Assembly: GCF_006345805.1 (NCBI RefSeq)
Contig: NC_042999.1
Span: 146,940,001 to 147,004,000 of the forward strand
Reading direction: 5' to 3'
Origin: Octopus sinensis
Taxonomy: Eukaryota
Length of the DNA: 64,000 nucleotides
Numbering within the stretch: the first letter of the stretch is position 1; every line of letters begins with the position of its first letter. The notes below the pieces were generated by a model. The model was not told where the DNA came from, did no database searches, and saw only the letters and a program-made list of their open reading frames with translations. Position numbers and translations under genes: made by a program. Of the stretch, positions 1 to 13,040 are shown one piece after another.

Positions 1-183
1 AGATGGGACGGGTGTGAAAATGCTGATGATGTAGACACTGGTGACGATATTGCGGATGATGACGCTGATGATAATGATGATGATGATGGTGTGGATATGT
101 GTGAGGATGAGTATAATGGTGACGATGGTGATGATGATGATGTGGATGCTGTTGGTGGTGTGAGTACCAGTGGTAACTTCTTC
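1..183 (-). CDS. Candidate exon of a minus-strand host gene that continues off the left edge; Ser/Pro/Thr-rich if joined to the ATG at 982
   Basis: Acceptor tttttcag|GAAG at 185/184. Joined to the exon at 969-982 it reads MKTVR-KKLPLVLTPPTASTSSSSPSSPLYSSSHISTPSSSSLSSASSSAISSPVSTSSAFSHPSH with no stop. The other two frames are also open (low-complexity CAT repeats), so the frame is uncertain. Confidence 0.45.
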
Positions 184-968
184 CTGAAAAATTCATTTGG
201 TGGGGTATGTTGAGATGTGTGCTTGCTGTAGTGAGCATAAATGCATGTGTGTCTGTGTCTTTGTGTATGTATGTGCGTGTGAGTGTCAATGTATTTATAG
301 ATGTATGTGGAACTGGGTGTATAATAATATGAATGGCAAGCTTAGTGTATGCCAATGCGAAGGTTCGTTTCGTAGAACGAGCAAAGTGTCTATGAATGGT
401 CTACGGAATAAGTACATCTGTGTGCTTGTGTGTGTTTTACATGTGGAGTTTGTGTATATATGTAATAATTACTCTGAATGTATGTCAATGTGTGTGTGTG
501 TGTTTGTGTGCTTAAAACAAACTCTAAAGATGAGTAAATGAATGTGTGTTTATCCGTTTCCCATTGTGAATGAATTTTAGAGTGTATATGACTGCCTGAA
601 TATGTGTGTGTATCAGCTTGTGTATATTAGTGTATTTTTGAATGTGTATGTCGTTGTGTGTGTGAGTTTGTATGTGACTATGATACGGATAAACGTGAAT
701 ATATGACTTTGCTTAAAAATAGAAACGGAGTGGAAAGGGATGATGGAGGGAAAAACACCCGACGAGTGTTTCAAGTGGAGCTTTTAAGTGGATAGATTTT
801 GTGCAACAAAATATTCGGACTGATCATATGTTATTAAGTCTATAAAATGAACGTGTGTAAATGTGAGTATATACACACACAAATGTAAATTCAAACACAC
901 ACACGCATAGACATAAGTGTTTGCGTATATGAGTGAGTAAGATTTACAGCTATTAAAAAAGGAATAAC

Positions 969-1243
969 CTGACCGTTTTCATTTTGTGTTCACGGACACA
1001 TACCAAAAGAATTTATAATGTATGTTGTGTAAGAAGCAATTCTTGACTACATAGTTTTTTCTTACAGATTACACTTAAATTATTTAATGAGACTTGTTTT
1101 CCTTTTTCCTCTTTCGTCCTTGCTTCTGAAAGTTTATCTTTCTTATCTTTCTTCTTCACGGAATTCTTTGTTATTTGCCAGTTCAAAAATGTTTCTACAG
1201 TAGTCACGACTGATTAGTGTGCCGTTTGGTCAATTTCACATTC
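969..1243 (-). other. Candidate exon, mostly 5'UTR, with a possible start codon at 982-980
   Basis: Unique sequence bounded by acceptor tttactttcag|G (1245/1244) and donor CAG|GTTATT (968) or alternative TTG|GTATGT (1003). All three frames close early, so it is mostly non-coding. Confidence 0.4.
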
Positions 1244-2191
1244 CTGAAAGTAAACAGATGAAAAGAAGTGAAAGTAGAAATAATATTGATAAATGATATC
1301 TAGTTAAAATTACAAACATGGAAATATGTATGGTATCATGGAATGGTATCTTGTACAAATGTACTCGCATGAGAACACATCTCTCCTTCTTTCACGTCCT
1401 TTGTTTTTTCACTGTCTCTCTTTCAATATTTTAGTTTATTTCTACATTCTTACATATATGTGTAAATATATATACATTCGTACATATGTGTAAATCACAT
1501 ATACACATACAAACACACATACATACATACACACATACATACATACATACATACATACATACATACATACATACATACATACATACATACATACATACAT
1601 ACATACATGTGTGAACATGTTTATGTATATGTATGCACGTATGTATATTGATGTCTATTCTTGTTATAAAATAAACAAACGGAGAAAACAAAACAAGAAT
1701 TTAAGCGAGTGTACACAATATACAGAATAAAATCATTTGTTTTTTTAGACGATGGATCTCACAAAAATCATATTTCCTACTCTCAGACAAATACTTTAGA
1801 ATTAAAATAATACAAACAAAGGGAAATCACATCATCTAAATGCACTCATATAAATATATACTGATGTATCGCCATATGTCTGTATATATCACACATATAT
1901 CATATGTATGTATACATGTATATGCATACATATTGATATATATATATGTGTATACACATATGTAGATATATTATATAAATATATGACACATACATAGTGC
2001 ATATATGTATTATTAGTATGTATTATTATTCAAAATATCCATTTTATTTTATATATAGTTGTGCTTGATATAAATATTTTATACTATATAATTTATAAAT
2101 ATATATATGCATAGATGCACAATCACACATACACACGAACACACAAACATATATATATAATATATATATATATATTATATATATATATATA

Positions 2192-2236
<45 letters not shown>

Positions 2237-2249
2237 TATATATATAATA

Positions 2250-2304
<55 letters not shown>

Positions 2305-2821
2305 GCACACAAAAATGTATATGTAGTTTATATCTATGTGTGTATATATGTATATATTATGTGTATGTAAGTGTTAAAACGAGTGTTGTGTTTGAAAGAG
2401 GAGAGATGGTATACGCGCGAAATATTGATAAATGAATATCCCAAAAGAAACAGAGGACATGAAAACTAGAGGAAGATTCACTTTCTATAATTTCATGTGG
2501 TGGAAAATAAACAAAAATAGACAAAAGTAAAATGAAGTAAAATATATTGAAACGTCTTGATATATTGAAGTGTTGGTTTACACGCGTCTTAACGAAAGCG
2601 TAAGTTCACTACTTTCAAGACTAGTTAGTGTCTTGTCTTTCTGACAGAAAAATATATCAGTGTTTTTAAGCACAGAAATATACAGTCTATATACTCATAG
2701 CTTTATTCATCTCAAACAATACGAAGAAGAGCCGAGTCCATCAATGGTGTATTACTCTGATATATGAAGTAGTGTTGTTGCTGCTCATACATATATTAGA
2801 TAACAGCTTAGATCAAGAATG

Positions 2822-2905
<84 letters not shown>

Positions 2906-2906
2906 G

Positions 2907-2947
<41 letters not shown>

Positions 2948-3249
2948 GAAACATTCCTGTCACAACCTGAGACCTTGAAGGCTGCTTAAATGCAAGAAAG
3001 TATACTAGTCCCTTAATATTTGATATTCAATATTTCATCTATTCAATAAGACAATCAATATTTCATTTCATTTTACTATATATATATTATTTATACTATA
3101 TATTGTATATACTACATTTACATTATAAAGAATATAAATAAAACATAAAAAGCAGAGTTGGAATTCCTTTGAATAATACATATTCCTTTATACACAATCA
3201 TACAAACCCCTTTATATATATATATATATGTGTGTGTATATATATACTG

Positions 3250-3640
3250 TTTGCATTAGTCGCACTGGTCTCCCCATCTTGATTATTGCTTTCCCTACTT
3301 TTCAACTGTGTATTTTCCAGCCTTCTTCAGGTGTCTTGTGCTTTGCCTTGGAGCAAACTCAGAAATATAGAATTGTATTATCCAAGCAGAACTGAGCCGA
3401 TAGAAGGCATCAGTGGATGTTTATTAGCCTAAAAATATCACTCCTTCACTGTCTACGGGTATCGCGTAGTAGATAAAGGCATTAGTTAATGCTGTGCAGT
3501 CGTGTAGAGAGTCTGTGTTTAACCCTAGGCGAAGCATTAAGGTGAATCGCAAGACACCTGAAGAGAGCTGGGGCTTCCAACAGCTGAAATGTTGTGTGAA
3601 GCAACAATAAAGATGAAGATACTAATTCGACTAATGTAAA
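3250..3640. mobile_element. Divergent inverted pair of PLE-type terminal repeats, each with a hammerhead motif (decayed)
   Basis: Arms ~3250-3362 and ~3510-3640 are diverged reverse complements sharing caagacacctgaaga..., aagcaa.aat.aagatg and gactaatg.aaa. A (TA)n tract lies to the left. Confidence 0.7.
3554..3596 (+). ncRNA. Type I minimal hammerhead ribozyme motif
   Basis: ACAC-CTGAAGA-G-AGCTG(loop)CAGCT-GAAA-TGTT-GTGT. Stem I is ACAC/GTGT, stem II is AGCTG/CAGCT, and the core is intact. The stem III C15.2 position is changed to T (CpG decay). Confidence 0.7.
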
Positions 3641-3684
3641 GTAATTCGATCAATTGTCATTACAGACACGTTTTAACCACGAGA

Positions 3685-4038
3685 CAAGTGACTCCCAACC
3701 ATTTTTTTACTATGGGTCCCCTCGAATTCCTATCTTACTCGGATGGAGCCTCATAGACATTGTATGTTCAAAACGTTTATTACATTTCTATTATTGAACA
3801 TTATCGGAATTGTATAAAAATGGTGTTAATATATTTTTTGTATTGAAGAAGTATAACCAATTTATTTGGCGCAGGAGTAGCTGTGTTGTAAGAAGCTTGC
3901 TTACGAACCACATGGTTCCGGGTTCAGTCCCACTGCGTGGCAACTTGGGCATGTGTCTTCTACTATAGCCTCGGGCCGACCAAAGTCTTATAAGTGGATT
4001 TGGTAGACGGAAACTGAAAGAGGACCATCGTTTATATG

Positions 4039-4080
<42 letters not shown>

Positions 4081-4370
4081 TATGTGTGTGTATGTTTGTG
4101 TGTCTGTGTTTGTCCCCCCAACATCGCTTGACAACCGATGCTGGTGTATTTACGTCCCCGTAACTTAGCGGTTCGGCAAAAGAGACCGATAGAATAAGTA
4201 CTAGGCTTACAAAGAATAAGTCCTGGGGTCGATTTGCTCGACTAAAGGCGGTGATTCAGCATTGCCACAGTCACATGACTGAAACAAGTTGTCCATAAAC
4301 TTTAACAGCAAAATGTTATATAGCCCCTCCCTATCCGAGTGTCGTATGGATCCCGGTTGAGAACCGTGGC
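3685..4370. mobile_element. hAT/Charlie-like MITE remnant interrupted by a SINE
   Basis: Ends caagtgactcccaacc ... ggttgagaaccgtgg resemble CAGTGGTTCTCAACC-type TIRs. Confidence 0.45.
3868..4290 (+). mobile_element. tRNA-derived SINE family A, full length
   Basis: Head ggcgcaggagtagctgtg...ggttccgggttcagtccc, internal (TA/TG)n, tail ...catgactgaaacaagt. More than 10 copies or fragments occur in the window. Confidence 0.85.
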
Positions 4371-5001
4371 ACTAGACTACGGGCATGCACTCTCCCCACC
4401 ACCCGATGAATTCTTAGTACTCCTATAATGACTTCTCCTTATTGGAGCTACATTGACCCATACTACCTCCACACAGCAACCCACGATCCACTCGGCTATT
4501 CTTTCATTAAACGTGATTTCATGTCCCTTCCCTTCACACATGCATAAACACGCACACCTCGCATTTATCCTTACGCCCAATCTCTACTTCCTGGAGCGCT
4601 GGTCATCAGGAATACCTTTGCTGCTGATATATTTCCGGCAGTTTTTGTCTGACAAAGGTCAAAGATAAACATTAATGTCTTCAATCTAGAAGTAATTGCA
4701 AAGGCACTGGTCAGTTCCTCCTTCCCCCAGTCCCAGTAAAAAAGCAAAAACGTATGTCTGCCCGAAAAACCAATATTAGGTCTACGTGTACGATGATAGT
4801 GTATGATATTCGAATGATTTAGCACTTATATCTACTCTATCGGCCGACTTTATTTATTCTCACTTTGTAGTCTGCTTTTAGCTTAAATAAAAATATTGAA
4901 GACACTTCGTAATATCTACTCTCATTATGATCGATTAACCCTTTGAGGAAATGCTTTCAGCTGTTACCATCTTGATTTTATAATTTGTGATAGATTACAT
5001 T

Positions 5002-5032
<31 letters not shown>

Positions 5033-5444
5033 AAGTGTTTGGTAACAAAACTGCTGTTAGACCATAATCAGCAGATCTTTAATCGAACGTTTTGCAGCCA
5101 TAAAGAAACGGACTCTTTTGTATCATATGTAGTCTACATAAGACAAGAAATGAATGGTGTTCTTAATACAAAACCAGTATGATGAAATTTTATGGATGTT
5201 TTGTTGCTATTTCCAGTATGTCGAGACACTGCATTAACTGACATTCCATGTGCTCATTTGCTTGTTCACGATAATTATATTTTGATGTTCTGTGCTGTGT
5301 GTGATCTATGCTGTGTGTGCTGCAATATTAGTGGATGGAAAGCGTACGACGGAACCGGTTTTGGTGGAAACGGCATTTAAAAATAGTCTTGTGTACTTAG
5401 CTTAGACTTTGTGGACGTATTGTACAATCTGGTGAAGTTTAAGA

Positions 5445-6030
5445 AAACAAATTCCCGGCACCTATGGCCAAGTCACTTCTGTTCTAGCCTTGGACCAGCC
5501 AAAGCCTTGTGAGGTGGTTCATTAGACAGAAACTGAATGATGTCCGTCGTATATATAATATGATATAATATAATATAAAATGTGTGCGTGTCTTTGTGGT
5601 TGTGTTTGTTCTACCACCAACGCTTAGCCACTGGAGTTAATTTGTTTACATGTCTGTAATGTAGCTGTTCGGCTTAAAAGTAAAAATAAGTCGAGGGCAC
5701 GATTTTCCGACTTAAACTTTTTAAGTACTTATTCTATCGGTGTCTTTTACCGAACCGCTAATTTACAGGGACGTAAACACACCAAAATCGGTTGCCAAGC
5801 GATGCTGGTGAGTTAAACACAGACACACAAACATACGCAAACATACACACACAAACACGAACATATATATGACAGGCTTCTTTCAGATTATGTCTTCTAA
5901 AACCCACTCACACGGCTATGGTGTACCCGAGGCTATAGTAGAAGACACTTGCCCACGCAGTGGGACTGTACCTGGAACCATCTGGTTGGGAAGCAAGCTT
6001 CTTCCCACACAACCACTCCTGCGCCTGTAT
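5445..6030. mobile_element. Two SINE family A copies (+ then -)
   Basis: Match to the 3868-4290 copy in both orientations. Confidence 0.75.
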
Positions 6031-6109
6031 ATATATACATACATATCTATACATATACATACATACATATATATATATATACAAACATATATATACATAC
6101 ATATATATA

Positions 6110-6177
<68 letters not shown>

Positions 6178-6513
6178 GTATAAAAACACATGCACAACTT
6201 TTGTACTCAGACAAAATACTCTAACATTTGTACAAACAGACAAAATAAAAAAAGAATCTCGACTAGCCGACATATTTAGAACTTATTTCTAATTTTCAGA
6301 ACAAGGAATATCGATGCTTTACATGATCGAACTCTATGATTTATTTTCATTTTTCTGATTTCATCCCTTTACGTTCTGTCTTCGAATGAAACTGACCAAA
6401 TCTTTTTATATCCAGCCAGATTTTACGGAATAGGTCGCCCGATATGGATACCGGAAATTATTATATCGTCTGTAGTTATCCATCACATTTTGCGATTTAT
6501 TTTTATTACTTAC

Positions 6514-6780
6514 GTTAAAAATGAAAATGGTGAAAGAGATCGATCACCACAAATAGTCAACCTAAATGCATTGGAGTATTCAGTTTATTCCTTGTCTATT
6601 TAGTAAGACAATTTCTTCCTTCTTCTCCATCTAAACACACAAGCACACATGCACATGCGCAACTAGGTGCTTCATCCACTTCTGTAAGATAATTAGAATC
6701 AATGCAATCGACCATAACCACTCCACAATATAAACTGTGATATTGTCTTGGTAAAAACAAAAGCTAAACATAAATTTCAT
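6514..6780 (-). other. Candidate first (non-coding) exon
   Basis: Consensus donor AAC|GTAAGT at 6513-6508, in unique sequence just downstream (minus sense) of the X-box-like motif. The 5' boundary is a guess. Confidence 0.3.
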
Positions 6781-6803
6781 TTCTTTTTGTTTTGAGAATG
6801 CGT

Positions 6804-6826
6804 GTTAGCCATGGTTGCTAAGCAAC
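6804..6826. promoter_or_regulatory. RFX X-box-like palindrome
   Basis: GTTGCTAAGCAAC at 6814-6826, overlapped by GTTAGCCATGGTTGC. It resembles the RFX consensus GTTGCCATGGCAAC. Confidence 0.45.
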
Positions 6827-7269
6827 GTGCTTTTGTTTTATTTTGTTTTTGTTTTCTATAATCGTTGATATGTGAAGTGTAGTTACACTTAGAGTGATTG
6901 ATATGCAAACTTTGAACATGTCTGTTTGTGTGTGAATGCGGGTATATGTGAATGTTTATGTGTGTCTGTGTGTCCTTGTGTCTGTGTGCTCTTCTCTATG
7001 CAGGCCAGCAATGTTTTATGTTTTCTGGCAGTTTACGAATATTGATGAACTCGAAGTGAATATTGAAAATCCACGTGATTGATCTTTGGAAAATAAGCAT
7101 TTTTGAAGGATCCATTGAAGAAAATACGCAGAGCGGAGTCCGGCAACCATGATACTGGAGAGAAATCAAGACAATATTTTCTAATTTAGACACAAGACCA
7201 GCAGTTGTAAGGGCTGGTGTTTGGCCAATACCATTAATCTCAGTACTAGTCTGAGACATTTTTATCGCT

Positions 7270-7926
7270 CGAAACTGTTGAGCTAAGTTAACCTCGGCGG
7301 AATTTGAACTCGAAACGTAATGAAACGGAACAACTGCAGCCGATGCTCTAATTATGGTTCCAAATTTTAGACAACGTCAGAAATTTTAGGGGTGAGAATA
7401 AGTCGATTACATCGACCTCAGTCATAAAAATTAGTGGCAGCAATTTTATCGACCCTGTAAGGATGAAAGGCAAAGTTGATCTCGGCAAAATTTGAACTGA
7501 GAACGAACAGACGGGCGAATTGTTAAGCATCTTATCCAGAATCTTAATAATTCTCTACTAATCCTTTCTACTGAGGGAAGGGATTAAATCAATTATATCG
7601 GCCCCAGTGTGTAACTGGTACTTATTTAATCGACCGCAACAGACAGAAAAGCAAAGTAGACCCCGGCGGAATTTGAGCAGTAGACGCAATACCTATTTCT
7701 TTACAACCCACAAGGGGCTAAACACAGAGGGGGCAAATAAGGACAGACAAAGGGATTAAGTCGATTACATCGACCTCAGTGAGTAACTGGTATTTATTTA
7801 ATCGACCCCGAAAGGATGAAAGGTAAAGTCAACCTCGGCGGAATTTGAACTCAGAACGTAACGGCAGACGAAATACGGCTACGCATTTCGTCCGGCGTGC
7901 TAACGATTCTGCCAGCTCGCCGCCTT
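7270..7926 (-). mobile_element. Cluster of tRNA-derived SINE family B copies
   Basis: Reverse complement of aaggcggcgagctggcagaatcgttagcacgccg...ctgagttcaaattccgccgaggtcgactttgcctttcatcc. Confidence 0.85.
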
Positions 7927-8549
7927 ACAATTCTCTAATAACGAAAGCTGCTTATAACAAGTGGGTCTGAGTAATGGAAATACATAGGTAACTGCTTCAA
8001 AAGAGATGTAGCTGCCGTGATGTTGACAGAAGAGGCAAAGACACATATCATCGATTTATCAGTAACTGCATCATATTGTGGGAGAAATTTTAGTTAAGAC
8101 TCTGTTAGTGTTATTTGGGCGCAGCTAAGAACTTTATAATGCATAATTACTGTGCCTTTCCCACTAATTGAAAACGGGACACTTGAGGGTTTTGGCATGT
8201 CACATCCTACTTAGGGCTGAAATGTAGGGAATGTTTTTTTACTATAAAACTTTCTATTTTGCATCAAATCCTAATTTGATTATAAAACATTAATAAATTA
8301 TATAATTATCCGGATTATATCTGTATCAGCACAGTAATTGATATTCACTAAAGTGTATCGCTGATTTAAAATTGCGAAATTTCCTTCCTATTTTGCTTCC
8401 TTTTCTTCCTTCCTCTATCTTGACAAAGGACAAACATTCGAAACATCAGTTTCTTCATCTTTCCATTTTTTATTTTCGGTATCTCGGAAAAGACAAACTC
8501 TGACATAATGACTTCCTGCTGATAATCTTTTATTTATTACAGGAAATAT

Positions 8550-8995
8550 CAATACTGGTTTCAAATTCAGGCGCTGGGCTAGCATTTCGAGTAATGGGTG
8601 AAATCGATGAAATCGACAGCAGTTCTCAAACTGCTGTTTATTTTTACCGACCTCGAAAGTCTGAACGGTAAAGTCGACCCCGGCAGAATTTGAACATAAA
8701 GAAGGATGCAAAGCCACTAAGCATTTCGCCTCGCATGATACCGGCCCATCTAGCTTGTCCCTTGAATAACATAAGTATTGGTTTCAAACATTTGGCACAA
8801 AGCCAGCAATTTCGGAGTAGAAAGCAAGTCGTTTAGATCAGCCCCAGTGCTCAACTGGTATTTATTTTGTCGGCTCCAAAACGATAAAAGTTAAAATTGA
8901 CTTCGGGGGAATCAGAACTCATAACGTAAAGATGGACGAAATGCCGTTTAGCAATTTGTCTGGCGTAATAACGATTGTGCAAGCTCACCTCCTTA
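8550..8995 (-). mobile_element. Two tandem SINE family B copies
   Basis: Same motifs as 7270-7926, more diverged. Confidence 0.75.
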
Positions 8996-9414
8996 AAGGA
9001 AAGTATAAGTATTTAGACTTATTAAATATTTAAAAAATTTTGTTACATATTGTTCTTTTTTCTGTTTAATGTTTTCTTTGCAATATTTTCATTCATTACC
9101 TCTAATCCAGTGATTCCTTCAATAATGAGATTGCTTCTTTGCAACAGAAATTTTGTTAAAGGGAATAGCCGTTTAAATTAGCTACACAACATGTTTATTG
9201 ACAGCAGAAAAGTGAAAGGGGAAGTTGATACCAGCAGAATTAATATTTTCCCCATGTTCTTCTATTACTGTTGATTCACTGACCAAGTTTCAAGTTCAGC
9301 TCAAAGCTAAACGAAAAACAAACCTAGACATCATCCACCTTCTCTTTCTCCTCCTCATCTCCTTCATTATCTGTAGCAACAGCTAAAGAAAAACAAATGC
9401 AAGCATCATCATCT

Positions 9415-9415
9415 T

Positions 9416-9474
<59 letters not shown>

Positions 9475-9491
9475 TTATAATGATAATGATT

Positions 9492-9540
<49 letters not shown>

Positions 9541-9542
9541 TG

Positions 9543-9596
<54 letters not shown>

Positions 9597-9612
9597 TAAT
9601 AATAATAATAAT
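9415..9612. repeat. (AAT)n microsatellite
   Basis: Seen directly. Confidence 0.95.
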
Positions 9613-10125
9613 CCGCAGAAGCAGCAGCATCAATGATGTCTTTATCGCCTTCACGATCGCCATCTGATTGTAGTACGACAGCCATTACCCACTTCCCCCG
9701 TCTCCACCAATGATGCTGCAGTCGACGTTGTCGTCGTGCTCGTGGTGCTTCCGATGACCTACTTTTTTTTTCTTTTGCCTCATTGACATTGTAAACATTT
9801 TAAGACTTCTAAAATAGATTTTCGAAGATTAAGATAATCTGGAACAGTTCCTCCAACCCTCCCCTATGAAGTATTCGAATTATTTCTGTTATTTAAATTT
9901 TTTTTATTCCCCATACAGAAAACATGAATGTATATTTTGTTTAGGGACAAACTTTACCAGTTTTCTAAATTCCTATACGCACAGACACGTGCTCGCCACA
10001 TATACATACACGTTCAGAAAAACTTAAATGCATTAAGAAAACACTTGGACATTCATTCATACTCACATATATTCAGGCACACATCTTGATATATGAACAC
10101 AATTGTACTAATGAAAGTACATGTA

Positions 10126-10203
<78 letters not shown>

Positions 10204-10211
10204 AATAAATA

Positions 10212-10338
10212 AATATTCTGTTGAAGAGTGTAGGCTCGAAGCGTAAAAGACTTTTTTCATTTTTCCCGAGCGTCAAAGTAATATACTTGCTTGTTGTGCA
10301 TACACGTGTCTTCGTGCTTTGTTTTCTATGAATTTCAG

Positions 10339-10340
<2 letters not shown>
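10212..10340 (+). mobile_element. PLE-type terminal repeat fragment with a decayed hammerhead
   Basis: CTGTTGA-A-GAGT-GTAG-GCTC-GAAG-CGTA, with two core substitutions relative to CTGATGA/GAAA. It lies between (ATCT)n and (TA)n. Confidence 0.45.
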
Positions 10341-10372
<32 letters not shown>

Positions 10373-10423
10373 GTGATTGTGTGTGTGGTTGTATGTCTGT
10401 ATATGTATATATATATATATGTA

Positions 10424-10727
10424 AAATAATATGTGACAATTATTCAATAGCCAGGATAACACTCTGAGTTTCGGATGCTGAGGTGAAAATCCACAATACC
10501 ATCTCTTCGGTTATCTGGCCATCTGAAAAATTCCTATACGCACAGACACGTGCTCGCACACATATACGTAAACGTTCAGAAAAACTTAAATGCATTAAGA
10601 AAATACTTGGACATTCATTCATACTCATGTGGCCAGATAACCGAAGAGATGGTGTTGTGTATTTCCACCTCGGCACCCGGAACTCAGAGTCTTATTCTGG
10701 CTATTGAATAATTGTCACATATTATTT
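10424..10727. mobile_element. Divergent inverted pair of hammerhead-like repeats enclosing a copy of local DNA
   Basis: Arms 10424-10521 and 10630-10727 (~98 bp, ~8 mismatches). Each reads GATAA-CCGAAGA-...-G(A/G)AA-CTCAGAG-T(C/G)-TTAT. Spacer 10528-10627 is a direct copy of 9967-10065. Confidence 0.8.
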
Positions 10728-10806
10728 GACAGATAAATTTCCTCCATTTACATAATATTGAGGTTTCTTTCTTTCTTTTGTTATCTTAGCGTTTTTACCA
10801 ATATAA

Positions 10807-10872
<66 letters not shown>

Positions 10873-11693
10873 TACAGACATACAACCACACACACTCATA
10901 TATATATATATGCATATACCTGTGTATGTACGTGTGTGTGTGCATGTCTGTCTGTAAGTATATAGTGAGAGAGAGAGAGAGAGTGTTAGAGAGTGAAAGA
11001 CACGCAGATACATCCATATACATATACTACTGTAAATGCACGCACTGACATGAACACACGCGCATGGATTCACATTGTATAGCACTTAACATTGCACACG
11101 CTCAATCTCCTAAATTTTACACACAGACAAACACACATGTGCATATGTGTGTGTGCGCGCGTGCGTATGTGTATATAGATTTCTGTATACACATACGTAC
11201 AGAAACTGTAGCGAGCCCTCAAAGGAACAATACACGATATTATACAAAGCATTATGATCGACCGTTTATTAGGTAGCTTATGAACGATCCTTGGAGTGCT
11301 GGCTGTCAGTTTACCAAAATTAATGGTATTCGGAGTTGAAATAATGAATTCTACTACAGGTAATGCTATTGCTGCTGCAGCTACTGCCACTGCTGTTGCT
11401 TTTACTGAGGATGATAATGATGATGAGTAGAAGGAGGAGGAGAAAGTGGAAGAGAAACTTGAACAGGAGGCGAAGTTAAAAAGCAGAGATGGAGGACGAG
11501 AAGGACATCGTGACGATAATAATAATAATGCTTTCTTTCAAAGATACAAAGTCTTAAATACGAGAGGGGAGAATAATCTTAAATTGAAAAGAACCAGCAC
11601 TTCACTGCTATTTATTTTCTTGACACCGGAAGAAGTAAAGCAATTTAGACACCATTGACTTTAGAAAAGTGTCACAGAAACCATGTACTCTCC

Positions 11694-11779
<86 letters not shown>

Positions 11780-11798
11780 TATATATATATAATATATA

Positions 11799-11830
<32 letters not shown>

Positions 11831-12894
11831 GCATATATATATGGGTGTGTGTGATGTATATATGTGTATATATATATGTCTATATATATATATGTGTGTG
11901 GTGTATATATATATATATACATACATTCACAAATATATATATATATATTATGTATACGCACATTAATATATACATACATTTACATGTATATATATATATA
12001 TAATATATATATATATATATAGACACACAAATAAATTATCCAGGTAAGTGGTCGTGACCTGTGTTGCCAAAAGTTGTAATTATCTTTATATTTAAATGCA
12101 AATTTACCTGTCGTCGTTGAGAGATGACCCTAAATCCATTCTAATCTAGAAAATCTACAATCAATGACACTTCAACTATAACCATAATTCCGTTCCTTAT
12201 AGCAGTATTTACATTATTCGCCTACCAAGAATTTCATGATTAACCATGTTTTTCTTTCTATTCAATTCGTTACCTAACTCCCTTAAAACATTTAAGGATT
12301 TCACATTTTGAAAAATACTACAACTTAGAACCGTTTTAAGATTTTACTGTTGCGATGGCATCACAAATGTGTTGGTCATACGTAACCTACTGTATAGAAG
12401 GCCGTGTATGCTACAGAGGATGCTCAGCCTTGTTTGTGCATGCTCAGGAAGTGACCAAAGAAAATTAACTTTGAATAGAAACCAAATATGAAGCATAGGT
12501 GTACGAGAGAGAGACCACTCAAAAGCTGCATGAGGGCAATGAAGTAGGATCACAGGGATATCCTTTGCGGAGTAGACTCATGATAAGGCATGCAAATATA
12601 TTCATGGAATTCTCTTGTCACCCAGTTCTCTGATCGGGTGTGGGGAAGAAGGCCTAAGACTAAGAATAATGTAGGAACTTTGAGCGCTAAGAACGCATGA
12701 CTTTCATAGTAAAGACGAGAGAAGCTGATTTCAAGTGAGCAGCGTTTAAGATATAGACCTGTATTTCAAATAGATTGTACGAATTGCTCTAAATTGCTTA
12801 TCCGAGTCATAAACGTCATAACCAGGTTATCTGAAATTTCAATTCTCGAGTCAATTCAAATTGATACTATTCTGGAACCTCATCTGGAGTTGAG

Positions 12895-13040
12895 CTTCTA
12901 TTGGAACATTGAACTTCTATTGGGGCAACATTGAAATTCTATTGAGACAACATTGAACTTCTATAGGGATAACATTGGACTTCTATTGGGACAACATTGA
13001 ACTTCTATTGAGACAATATTGAAGTTTTATTGGGACAAGC
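12895..13040. repeat. 22-bp minisatellite, ~6.5 copies
   Basis: Unit aacattgaacttctattgggac repeated head-to-tail with no spacers. Confidence 0.9.

Noticed and set aside
12895-13040. CRISPR-like array
   Set aside because: The 22-bp units are head-to-tail with no unique spacers, the context is eukaryotic, and there are no cas genes. It is a minisatellite.
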